This document shows, one piece after another, positions 17,959 to 26,939 of a stretch of DNA of 32,000 nucleotides (its first letter is position 1; every line of letters starts with the position of its first letter). The DNA is from Zymomonas mobilis subsp. mobilis ATCC 10988 (lineage in GTDB: Bacteria > Pseudomonadota > Alphaproteobacteria > Sphingomonadales > Sphingomonadaceae), in assembly GCF_000175255.2 (NCBI RefSeq), contig NC_017262.1, positions 1,380,001-1,412,000 of the forward strand. The letters are read 5' to 3'. The translations under genes and the position numbers were made by a program. Below the pieces are notes generated by a model. It did no database searches. It was not told where the DNA came from and saw only the letters and a list, made by a program, of their open reading frames with translations.

Positions 17959-19404
17959 TCAGGCTTTTTCAGGCATTTTTTTATTCTTCAATAGATTAAA
18001 CCCTGCGGTCGGGCTTAGTTTAATCGCGTCTATCAAAGCCAGACAAGACAGCAAGGCCACAAGAAGCAAGGCTATTCTGAAGGGCAAATCAGCTTGCTGT
18101 CCCAAATGAAACCACCGAACTGCAAGATGACTCATTCGTAAAGCGATGGCACCGACAGTAACCCCCAAACCCAAAGAAATCTGGACGAGGGTGCTAAAGA
18201 GGGTATTGGCGGTGCTCATCAATTCTTTGGGGACTTCTGAATAGGCCAACGTCACCAAAGCGGTGAATTGCAATGACCGGAATAGCCCACCTGCAAAAAG
18301 AACAAGCACAATCAACCATTCGGATTGCGGCGACAGAAAAGCGCAAGCCAAAATAGACAGACTGCAAAGGACGTTGTTCCAGATCAAAATTGGACGGAAA
18401 CCAAAACGCTCGACAAGCTGGGTGGTAAAGGGCTTCATCAGCAGGTTTCCGGCGAAAATAGCGGTCAACAACGACCCCGATAAAAAGGGACTAAGTCCGA
18501 AACCTATCTGAAACATCAAAGGCAATAAAAAAGGTGTCGCACTGATGGTAATCCTGAAAATGCTACCGCCAAAAATGCTGACAGAAAAACTTTGAATTTT
18601 CAGGGTTTCGAGATGAATCATCGGATGATCGACGCGATTAAGATGACGATATCCCAAGGTCAACAGCAAGCCACCGATCAAGATCATGATACCAATCATC
18701 ATCCATTGCGGTTCTGGCTGCGCCCCCATTTCAATGGAAGCCATCACGAAAAATAAGGAAAAACTGGTCAATAAAAAGCCCGGCCAGTCAAAGGGTGGTG
18801 CTTCCACTTCGCCCGATTTAGGCGCTAACAGCAACGCCGAAACAATCGCGATTAGTCCCAAAGGCAGATTAAGGTAAAATATCCACCGCCATGTCGTATG
18901 GGTGACGATCAACCCGCCAAGGACAGGGCCCAACATAGGCGCCGCCAAAGCAGGCCAGATCAAAGTTGCCATCGTTTTGACGAGCTTTTCCTTGGGCAGA
19001 TTGCGAAGCACAGCCAATCGCCCGACTGGAATCATCATCGCCCCGCCCATACCCTGCATAATCCGCAACAGAACGAATTCGACCAAGCCATTCGCCAGAC
19101 CGCAAAGAACAGATCCCAAGGTAAAAATGGCGATAGCAAGGGTAAAGATGCGCCGGATACCAAAGCGGTCAGCAATCCACCCGCTCACTGGAATAAAAAT
19201 TCCCAAAGTCATCAAATAGGCAGAAACCCCGATATTGAGATCAATCGGAGGAACACCGAAAGTTTTGCTCATCGCGGGCAGGGCGGTGACAATAATGCTA
19301 CCGTCTAAATTCTCCATAAAGGAGGTGCCAGCCACCAACAAAGATAACAGGAATAAATAGCGATCAGGGGTTAAAAAACCGGTTTTCGGCTTCGGGGGCG
19401 TCAT
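17959..19404 (-). CDS. MFS transporter, DHA2 (EmrB/QacA-like, ~14 TMS) drug/H+ antiporter family
   Basis: 481 aa and highly hydrophobic, with MFS motif A (WIADRFGIRRIF) after TM2. Length and topology are consistent with the 14-TMS subfamily. Confidence 0.85.
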   Translation of the reverse strand: MTPPKPKTGFLTPDRYLFLLSLLVAGTSFMENLDGSIIVTALPAMSKTFGVPPIDLNIGVSAYLMTLGIFIPVSGWIADRFGIRRIFTLAIAIFTLGSVLCGLANGLVEFVLLRIMQGMGGAMMIPVGRLAVLRNLPKEKLVKTMATLIWPALAAPMLGPVLGGLIVTHTTWRWIFYLNLPLGLIAIVSALLLAPKSGEVEAPPFDWPGFLLTSFSLFFVMASIEMGAQPEPQWMMIGIMILIGGLLLTLGYRHLNRVDHPMIHLETLKIQSFSVSIFGGSIFRITISATPFLLPLMFQIGFGLSPFLSGSLLTAIFAGNLLMKPFTTQLVERFGFRPILIWNNVLCSLSILACAFLSPQSEWLIVLVLFAGGLFRSLQFTALVTLAYSEVPKELMSTANTLFSTLVQISLGLGVTVGAIALRMSHLAVRWFHLGQQADLPFRIALLLVALLSCLALIDAIKLSPTAGFNLLKNKKMPEKA

Positions 19405-19616
19405 GAAAAATCCGCTTCAATTATCGCGCTTTTTAGAACAAAAAGTCCTTTGTAATAGCGGCTATATAGGCCTTGTCATCAAAAGGTAACAGCACCTAAC
19501 GGATAAAATATTTTCAGTAAGCCTTATTAAATAATATAACATTATTTCTCGAAAAATCGTTTTTTCAAGGCTGCCTTTCGTCCAGAAGGTTCCGAAAGAC
19601 AGCCCCAAAAAGCAAT

Positions 19617-20474
19617 TTAGTCTTTGTCGTAATCACGGTCAGCCATAACCGAGAAATCAAAAATACGACCACCCAAGGCACCCCGCGCTCCATTGCTGGT
19701 CATTTCATAGAGAAAACCATATTCACCGGGTTTCATGGCATATTTGGGGGTCACTTTATAAACACCGGGTCTAACCATTTCGGAATCGATGGGGATCTGG
19801 TCTTTATCCATGACACCGCTTTTCATGCCGCCCAAATTCTGGCTACCCACACGAATTTCGCGATGCCCGTTTTTACTTTTCATCTTGATAAGGGTGAAGG
19901 CATTGGGTGAATTGATGACCGATTGTAAACCGGAACTCCATGTGCTGGTTGTCTGCTGGTTATTCGCCTCATCAAAGAAGAAATAGAAAACCGGCTGCTC
20001 ATCTTCGCTTTTATTGCGGGCATGCTCACTCTGGATAGAAGCCTTAATACTCATCGAGGCAATACCGCTCGTCAAAGCATAGCCCCATGTGCCACCGGTT
20101 TTAGCCTGATTGGTTATCGTGGAATCGATATGCTGCATTTTGGGCGGATAAGAATGTGAATTGAGAAGATAAACACCGGAGGCGTGAGGCACCATCGGAT
20201 CGGGCGAGTCCATCGACAAAGCCGCCGCTTTTGGCGCGCTTTTCTCAAGCATAGCCGCCAAAACTGGACTGGAAACACCGCGCTTCCGTAAAGAGATAAG
20301 CTGGTCGGTCGAAAGATCAAAATCCGCATCCGAATTTTTGACTTTGGCAATGATCGCTTCATCGCCAAGGCCGGTATTGGTCAAGGTCACGACGGATTCA
20401 TTATTCAGTGTTTCTGCCAAGGCGGGCATAGCACAGCTGATAAGCGCAGCCAGAATAAGCGGCCTGATTTTCAT
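19617..20474 (-). CDS. Secreted protein of unknown function
   Basis: 285 aa with a clear Sec signal (MKIRPLILAALISCAMPALA/ETL). I recognise no catalytic motif. Confidence 0.6.
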   Translation of the reverse strand: MKIRPLILAALISCAMPALAETLNNESVVTLTNTGLGDEAIIAKVKNSDADFDLSTDQLISLRKRGVSSPVLAAMLEKSAPKAAALSMDSPDPMVPHASGVYLLNSHSYPPKMQHIDSTITNQAKTGGTWGYALTSGIASMSIKASIQSEHARNKSEDEQPVFYFFFDEANNQQTTSTWSSGLQSVINSPNAFTLIKMKSKNGHREIRVGSQNLGGMKSGVMDKDQIPIDSEMVRPGVYKVTPKYAMKPGEYGFLYEMTSNGARGALGGRIFDFSVMADRDYDKD

Positions 20475-20657
20475 GAAATTCCCCTGTTTTTTGTCAAATA
20501 ATGTAAAAATCGGGGTAACCTAATGAAGAAACATTTTTATTGAAAGTAAAAATAGAAATAGGAAGAAAAAATATATCTAAATTAGATGATATAAAAAGAA
20601 TATTTTTTATAATTTTATTTTGTATTTGAAAAATATAAACAAAGCGATGGTGAATAT

Positions 20658-20688
20658 ATCTTCTTCAAGATATTACCTTGAAGAAGAT
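20658..20688. repeat. Perfect 12-bp-stem inverted repeat (possible terminator of the argP-like/OCD transcript)
   Basis: ATCTTCTTCAAG (20658-20669) pairs with CTTGAAGAAGAT (20677-20688) around a 7-nt loop. There is no U-run immediately following on the - strand, so terminator function is uncertain. Confidence 0.45.
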
Positions 20689-20746
20689 TATCGCTCTTGT
20701 ATTTTTTAATATCACTCTGACCACAGAGAAAAATTAGTCTTCTTTT

Positions 20747-21678
20747 TTATAATCCTTTGGAATTCTCTCTTTTATTTGCCACCATCATGGCCTGACAGGC
20801 CGCCAGATCCCAAGCCGCACAGCCTACCGATTTAAATAAAACAGGCATCCCAATAGGCGGTGTTACCTCCAATGCCTTAGCCAAAGGTTGCACTTTCGAC
20901 CATTCAAGGCCAGCCTGAATAATATCGCCCGCTTCACTAGGCGCACCGATTGGATCATCGACATAAACAAGGCTGTTTCTGACGATCTCCGGTGCGATTT
21001 CGACCATTTCCGGCTTAAAAGCGCCGACTGCAATGACCAAAGGACAGGCCGACGGCGCTTCATTATAAATGACTTCCCGACTAGAGGTAACCGTAATCAC
21101 CACGTCAAAAACCCGTCCTTCTTGGCAATCCGGCTGCAACCGCAAAGGCAAATCAGATAATTTCTGACAAAAGGCTAAACTGCTTTCTTTGGTGCGTCCT
21201 CTGATAAAAACCGAACTTTCAGGATAAAGGGCAGCCAAAGCCTCACAATGGGCAATCGCCTGAACACCAGTGCCGATAATCAGAATATTTTTGACACTTT
21301 GCCGTGCCAATAAGGCGATCGCCAGCATCGACAAAGCGAAGTCCGTAACATCGTAACCGTTGGCGCATCTAGGGTAAAAAGCGGGCTACCCGTTCGGACA
21401 TCGGCACAATTGATTGCGCCTTGGATGACAGGCCGATCAGACGCTGCGTTATCAGGGCAGATAGTCAATATTTTGGTGACAAATAATTCGGAACTAGCCG
21501 CAGGCATCACCATGAACAAAGCTGGATTATCCGAGCGCGCTTCCGGCGCCGCAATCGTTACCCGTTCAGGACAAATTATCTCCCCTCGCGCATAGGCTAT
21601 TATCGTCTTTTTCAAGGATTCGACCAAAAGAGGATAGGTCAAAAGGCGCTTTGTCTCTGAAGCCGAGTAGATTTTCAT
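20747..21678 (-). pseudogene. Ornithine cyclodeaminase / mu-crystallin family gene, frameshifted
   Basis: Two overlapping ORFs (21280-21678 and 20747-21334) together cover one family member. The N-terminal part ends ...FTLDAPTVTMLRT. The C-terminal frame continues (F)ALSMLAIALLARQSVKNILIIGTGVQA, matching the family pattern LT..RTAA.SA.AA..LA......L.IIG.G.QA. The frames differ by one nucleotide near 21338-21343. Confidence 0.75.
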
Positions 21679-22583
21679 ATTTTTAATAACTTGTTTCGAG
21701 TGGGATTTTCTTTGTTAGACCAAAAGACCTTGAGATAATGCGTCAATTTTTCAAATAAGTCACTTTTTAGCCTTGGAACGACCCAATACAGATCAACTTC
21801 TACCGCTCCTTTTGGCTGTAATTCTATTAATCGCCCTTCTTCTATATCGACTTTAACTAAGGGTAAGGGCTGCATCCCCCATCCCGCTCCAGCCAATAAA
21901 AAATTTAAAAAACCTTGTGTTGTGGGGATGTAATGAATCTTAGGGGGAAGCGGCATCGCATAATTTTGCTGTAGCCACTGACTTTGTAAACCGTCATGCT
22001 TTTCAAAGCAGATGCACGGCGCTTGAGTAAATGCCTGTTTGGTGAAACCATCTGGGAAATAGCTTTTTATAAAAGATGGGGTCGCACAGGCAATATAGAC
22101 CATTTTTCCCAGATGAATTGTCCGGCATCCCGTTATTGGGGCTGTTTGCGCAGTAATGGCGGCCATCGCTTCACCAGAACGCAATTTATCCGCCGTCACT
22201 GTTTCATCTTCTACGAAAAGATTCAAAAAGACTTTTTCTTGTTTAATAAAATCGGCCACAGCATCGGGAAACCACGTTGCAAGGCTATCTGCATTGACCG
22301 CTATTTTTAGATGAACAGGCAGCGCTTCTTTTGAGCCAGAAAGCTCGGCGATTTCAGCTTCCAGTAGTTGTACTTTTTCGACATGAGCACATAAAGCGCG
22401 TCCAATATCCGTTGGCATGCAAGGTTGGCCTCGGATAATCAACAAGGCACCTAATCTTTCTTCATATCCTCGAACACGCTGCGATATCGCAGAAGGCGTA
22501 ATCCCCAAAAATCGGGCAGCCGCTTCAAAAGAGCCTTCCTGTATCACAGCATGGACAGCGACAAGCGCGGTATAATCTAGCAT
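21675..22583 (-). CDS. LysR-family transcriptional regulator, ArgP(IciA)-like
   Basis: 302 aa with an N-terminal wHTH (LDYTALVAVHAVIQEGSFEAAARFLGITPSAISQRVRGYEERLG) resembling ArgP. It is divergent from a LysE/ArgO exporter gene. Its stop overlaps the downstream OCD-family start (ATGA). Confidence 0.85.
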   Translation of the reverse strand: MLDYTALVAVHAVIQEGSFEAAARFLGITPSAISQRVRGYEERLGALLIIRGQPCMPTDIGRALCAHVEKVQLLEAEIAELSGSKEALPVHLKIAVNADSLATWFPDAVADFIKQEKVFLNLFVEDETVTADKLRSGEAMAAITAQTAPITGCRTIHLGKMVYIACATPSFIKSYFPDGFTKQAFTQAPCICFEKHDGLQSQWLQQNYAMPLPPKIHYIPTTQGFLNFLLAGAGWGMQPLPLVKVDIEEGRLIELQPKGAVEVDLYWVVPRLKSDLFEKLTHYLKVFWSNKENPTRNKLLKI

Positions 22584-22584
22584 A

Positions 22585-22603
22585 GATGAAGTTTTCCTTC
22601 ATC
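22585..22603. promoter_or_regulatory. Candidate LysR operator dyad in the divergent regulator/exporter intergenic region
   Basis: GATGAAG-N5-CTTCATC forms perfect 7-bp arms at 22585-22591 and 22597-22603. A third CTTCAT half-site occurs at 22626-22631. Confidence 0.35.
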
Positions 22604-22657
22604 ATACTTAGAAAAACAAGTTTTTCTTCATGATAGGGCTGAAATATAGAAAATCTT

Positions 22658-23299
22658 ATGTCCTATATTTTGATCCCTTTTTTGTCTGGCTTTGCATTAT
22701 CCGCCTCTTTAATCATGGCTATTGGTGCCCAAAATCTGTTTGTTCTCCGCCAAGGATTGAAAAAAGAACATATCGGCGCAATCGTTCTTTTTTGTGGGTT
22801 ATCTGATGCTCTGTTGATTACTCTAGGCGTCAGCGGCGTAGGTGCCTTCCTCTCAAAAATACCTCAATTATCGAAAATCTTTACCCTCGCTGGATTTCTG
22901 TTTCTTTCCTATTATGGCATCATGGCATTACGCCGCGCGATGAAGCCCGAAGACAGCCTTAATCTATCAAAAGGCCATTCTGTCTCTCTTGCAAAAGCCT
23001 TATTTACAGTCGCGGCTTTTACATGGCTCAACTCACATGTTTATATTGATACGGTTCTTTTGATGGGGACAGCCGCTTCGGCACAACCTTATTCTTTACG
23101 GCCTATTTTTGGGATAGGGGCTTCTGCGGCCAGTTTTGTCTGGTTTTTTGCGCTTGGCTATGCCGCCCGTTTTTTACAACCTATTTTCCAGCATCCGCGT
23201 TCGTGGCAAAGGCTTGATATTCTTACAGGTAGCGTCATGCTTTTCCTTGCTTTTTTATTGCTCTGGCAAGGCATCCTTCATCCATTTCTATCTCTATGA
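22658..23299 (+). CDS. LysE/ArgO family basic amino-acid exporter
   Basis: 213 aa and about 6 TM. The N-terminal AIGAQNLFVLRQG motif is typical of LysE/ArgO. Confidence 0.85.
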   Translation: MSYILIPFLSGFALSASLIMAIGAQNLFVLRQGLKKEHIGAIVLFCGLSDALLITLGVSGVGAFLSKIPQLSKIFTLAGFLFLSYYGIMALRRAMKPEDSLNLSKGHSVSLAKALFTVAAFTWLNSHVYIDTVLLMGTAASAQPYSLRPIFGIGASAASFVWFFALGYAARFLQPIFQHPRSWQRLDILTGSVMLFLAFLLLWQGILHPFLSL

Positions 23300-23438
23300 A
23301 TGACTGTCTATTTTGAACTGATTTCTAAAGTAACCTTTCTTTTGCGCCGGATAAAATCTTCAAAATTTTTTGTAAAAGCCTGATTCCAACGCTAAAATAA
23401 CTTTCTGCGCTTTTATCAAAGGCCGTAAAGGAAATATC

Positions 23439-24302
23439 TTGCTCGTTATTCATACCATAGCCGAACTTCGCGCCCATCTTGATGAACATCGCCAAAATCG
23501 CCGCAAAATCAGCTTGGTGCCTACAATGGGTTTCTTACATCAGGGACATATGGCCTTAGCGCAAAAAGCGAGGAAAGAATCTGATGTTGTGGTGCTTAGT
23601 ATTTTTGTTAACCCGATACAGTTCGGCGTTAATGAAGATCTCGATGTTTACCCAAGAGATTTACCTCATGACATCGCATTATGTAAAGAAAATGGGGTGG
23701 ATATCCTTTTTGCGCCTTCGGTGGCTGAAATCTATCCAGAACCGATAATGACCTCGGTCGAGGTTCAATCACTTTCCAATATTTTGATTGGTCGTCATCG
23801 CCCCAATCATTTCCGTGGCGTGACGACGATCGTCGCAAAGTTATTGAATATTGTCGAACCCGATAAGATTATTTTCGGAGAAAAGGACTATCAACAGCTT
23901 ATTATAGTCCGTCGGATGATCCGCGATCTTTCCTACAAAGCCGAAGTGGTTGGGGTGCCTATAGTTCGTGAAGAGGACGGCTTGGCCTGTTCTTCGCGCA
24001 ATGCAAGATTGACCAAAGAAGATCGCGCTGCGGCGGTCATTCTTTCGCAATCCTTGAAAAAAGCCCAAAAAAGGATTTTGGAAGGCGAAAAAGATGTCTC
24101 CACTATCCGCCAGTTAATAGAAGACAATATCAAAAGCGAAGCACGGGCAAAAATTCAATCTATTGATATCTGCCATGCTACAAAATTAGATACTCTCGAC
24201 AGGATAGATAATCAGCCGATTGTTATTCTACTCGCTGTCGCTTTTGGTGACGTCGTTCTGATCGATCAGCAGCTCGTTACGCCCAAGGAGAAAGCGCTCT
24301 AA
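23439..24302 (+). CDS. panC: Pantoate--beta-alanine ligase
   Basis: 287 aa with the [10 protein letters not shown] motif and full-length PanC-like sequence. It uses a TTG start. Confidence 0.93.
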   Translation: MLVIHTIAELRAHLDEHRQNRRKISLVPTMGFLHQGHMALAQKARKESDVVVLSIFVNPIQFGVNEDLDVYPRDLPHDIALCKENGVDILFAPSVAEIYPEPIMTSVEVQSLSNILIGRHRPNHFRGVTTIVAKLLNIVEPDKIIFGEKDYQQLIIVRRMIRDLSYKAEVVGVPIVREEDGLACSSRNARLTKEDRAAAVILSQSLKKAQKRILEGEKDVSTIRQLIEDNIKSEARAKIQSIDICHATKLDTLDRIDNQPIVILLAVAFGDVVLIDQQLVTPKEKAL

Positions 24303-25123
24303 TGTCAGCCATCCCTTCTTCTAATAAGCGCCGGACTATTCCCGAGCTTCGCGCGCGTAAAGGCAAGTCGCCGATCGTTGCTTTGACGGCTTACAGTGCT
24401 TTAACCGCCCGTTTTGTTGATCCTTACGCCGATTTCATTCTTGTCGGGGACAGTCTTGCCATGGTCGAACATGGTATGGCGACGACTATTGGCGCCTCGC
24501 TTGATATGATGATTTTACATGGTCAAAGCGTGATGCGCGGTTCCGAGAAGGCCGCTGTCGTTATCGACATGCCTTTTGGTTCTTACGAAGCGAGTCCACA
24601 GGAAGCCTATCATAATGCTGTCCGTATTTTGTCCGAAACAGGATGTTCAGCCGTAAAACTTGAAGGCGGCTCTCATCTCGCGCCTGTTATCGCCTTCCTC
24701 ACAGCACGAGGGGTGCCGGTTATGGGGCATATTGGGTTGACGCCTCAATATGTTCAGACTTTGGGCGGGTTCAAAATACAAGGCCATAGCTCGGAACAAC
24801 AAGACAAGATTAAACAGGACGCTCTTGATTTTGAGGCCGCCGGTGCTTTTTCCGTCGTGCTAGAAGGGGTGACCGAACCGCTTGCCCGTGAAATTACGGA
24901 TAATATCGCGATACCAACGATTGGTATCGGTGCCTCTTCTTATTGTGATGGCCAAGTTTTGGTTTTGGAAGATATGCTGGGCTTCAATGACAAGGTGCCG
25001 CGTTTCGTCAAAAAATTTGCTCATCTTGGGGATGACATCAAAAAAGCGGTTTCAGACTATGCCACTGCGGTTTCAAATCGTAGTTTTCCAGCAGAAGACA
25101 ACATCTACAGGCCAAAATCTTAA
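24302..25123 (+). CDS. panB: 3-methyl-2-oxobutanoate hydroxymethyltransferase
   Basis: 273 aa with ALTAYS...VGDSLAMV...VKLEGG motifs. Its start abuts the panC stop. Confidence 0.95.
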   Translation: MSAIPSSNKRRTIPELRARKGKSPIVALTAYSALTARFVDPYADFILVGDSLAMVEHGMATTIGASLDMMILHGQSVMRGSEKAAVVIDMPFGSYEASPQEAYHNAVRILSETGCSAVKLEGGSHLAPVIAFLTARGVPVMGHIGLTPQYVQTLGGFKIQGHSSEQQDKIKQDALDFEAAGAFSVVLEGVTEPLAREITDNIAIPTIGIGASSYCDGQVLVLEDMLGFNDKVPRFVKKFAHLGDDIKKAVSDYATAVSNRSFPAEDNIYRPKS

Positions 25124-25318
25124 AAAGACCTGATTGTTCAAATGTCAGTTTCTTCGGGATTGTTGGTCTGTTTCTAAAAGCTGTTTTTCACTTTTATTTT
25201 AAAAGAAGGCTGTTCTTTTCAAGGAAAATAGTCCTCCTCTGACTCTGTAATATTGCATAAATAAACAGAGGTGTAAGGCGGCTATAATCGACAAAGAAGC
25301 AGTAGGATTTCAAGAATA

Positions 25319-26113
25319 GTGAAAAAAACAGGATGGAAAGCGGCAATCATTTTGGCCGCGATTGCGCTGGGTGCTTTGCTTTTTTGGGGTGCCTTCAAGC
25401 TGAATAGGCCAACAGCCAAAACACCACAGGAAGAATTAAAGCTCGCGCTGAAATATGCGCATGGCGATAGCTCGAATATTGATAAAAGCAAGGCTTTGAC
25501 CCTGATCCAGCAAGCCGCCAATAAAGGCTTTGCTCCGGCTGAATATGCGCTTGGTACTTTTTACTATAAAGGCGAAGCGGTCGCGGCGGATAAATCCAAA
25601 GCCCTCTATTGGTATCAACAGGCGGTTACGCATGGGGACGCCGATGCCGCCCTTGCTTTGGGCAATATGTATTATAATGGCGATAGTATTGCGCCCGACA
25701 AATCCAAATCCGTTGACCTTTATCAACAGGCGGCCAATCAGGGCAATGCCCAAGCGCAGTTAAATCTTGGCCTAATGTTTTCTCGTGGGGATGCCGTTTC
25801 TCTCGATAAAGCCAAAGCACTTTACTGGTATCAGCAAGCCGCTGATAAAGGTAATCCACAGGCTGAACTTATTCTTGGCAATATGTATTATAATGGTGAC
25901 GGCGTTGCCGTTGATAAAGCCAAAGCGCTTTCTTGGTATCAACAAGCGGCCAATCATGGTCTCGCTCAAGCTGAACTTGCTCTTGGCATTATGTTCTATA
26001 ATGGCGAAGGCGTTACCGTTGATAAAAATAACGCCGCCTATTGGCTGAAACAAGCTGCTAATCATGGGAATGATACAGCAAAATACCAACTGAAATTATG
26101 GTTTAATTCTTAG
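25319..26113 (+). CDS. Sel1-repeat (TPR-like) protein with an N-terminal membrane anchor
   Basis: 264 aa with an N-terminal TM (AAIILAAIALGALLFWGAF). Six tandem ~36-aa units follow, of the form DK.KAL.WYQQAAN.GNAQAQ..LG.MYYNG.GV. Confidence 0.85.
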   Translation: MKKTGWKAAIILAAIALGALLFWGAFKLNRPTAKTPQEELKLALKYAHGDSSNIDKSKALTLIQQAANKGFAPAEYALGTFYYKGEAVAADKSKALYWYQQAVTHGDADAALALGNMYYNGDSIAPDKSKSVDLYQQAANQGNAQAQLNLGLMFSRGDAVSLDKAKALYWYQQAADKGNPQAELILGNMYYNGDGVAVDKAKALSWYQQAANHGLAQAELALGIMFYNGEGVTVDKNNAAYWLKQAANHGNDTAKYQLKLWFNS

Positions 26114-26163
26114 GTCGTTATAAAAAATTATAAAAACGGTAAAAAAGTAATGAAAAAATGACA

Positions 26164-26211
26164 AAAAGCCGCCTCTGATTTCCTTTCATGGACGGCTTTT
26201 CTGTCTTTTTT
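26164..26211 (+). terminator. Rho-independent terminator after the Sel1-repeat gene
   Basis: AAAAGCCG (26164-26171) pairs with CGGCTTTT (26193-26200), followed by CTGTCTTTTTT. Confidence 0.5.
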
Positions 26212-26939
26212 GATCTTGGGATATTTTATCCTTTGCCCTATTTTTTAAATCATTCACTATAATAAATTGATATTTTATTTAAAAACATTTGATTTATAGT
26301 TGTTTTTTAAACAAAAAATAATAATAAGTAAATTTATGTATTTAATTCTCTTTGAATAAATAATTATTATATTTTTAAGTCGTTTGATTTTTTTAAAAAT
26401 TTTATTTTAATTGCAATGTAATCTTTAAAAATAAGAATGAAATTATAATAGCTATTGTAATAGTTAATCATATAATACTGAGAACAATTCATGAATGCTT
26501 GAATCTAGGTGGGTTTTGTTCGCGATGTCATGGCGGCTGATAAACCCAAATCCCTTTTCTAGCATGAGCAAGCGACTAACCCGCAAAGCCAAATATACTC
26601 TGGGTTGTTTCTGCCGTGCAGGCGATGCTGTCGCGACTGATAATTCCAAGCTTTTTGTTGGGTGCTGACCGTGTCCAATAAAGGCTATGATCCACGCATA
26701 ATATCATTGAGGCTTTTATATTACAGCAGAGATAGCCTTGCCGCCAATCAGTCTAAAGCCTCTATCATTCTCAAAAAGCATCTGCTCACGCTAGTGAAAC
26801 TACCCAAAAATAGCTGGAATATCATTCGGTTGTCAGGGCTTGGAATAGCGCCTGAATATTTTTTTTGGCAGCCTTCTTGCTACAATCCACCAATCTGTTT
26901 TTTGGCTTATTTTAAAACCGCTTTTTCTAGGGATAATTT

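Noticed and set aside
18263-19308. Several + strand ORFs (82-136 aa) opposite the MFS transporter
   Set aside because: They are antisense to a well-supported 14-TMS transporter and have hydrophilic, low-complexity translations.
19569-19604. Hairpin GGCTGCCTTTCG...CGAAAGACAGCC downstream of the secreted-protein gene
   Set aside because: The 12-bp stem has one mismatch and no U-tract on either strand, so support is insufficient to call a terminator.
25282-26089. Multiple ORFs in other frames and strands across the Sel1-repeat gene
   Set aside because: The frames stay open because of the repeated sequence. Only the frame giving canonical Sel1 units with an N-terminal anchor is credible.
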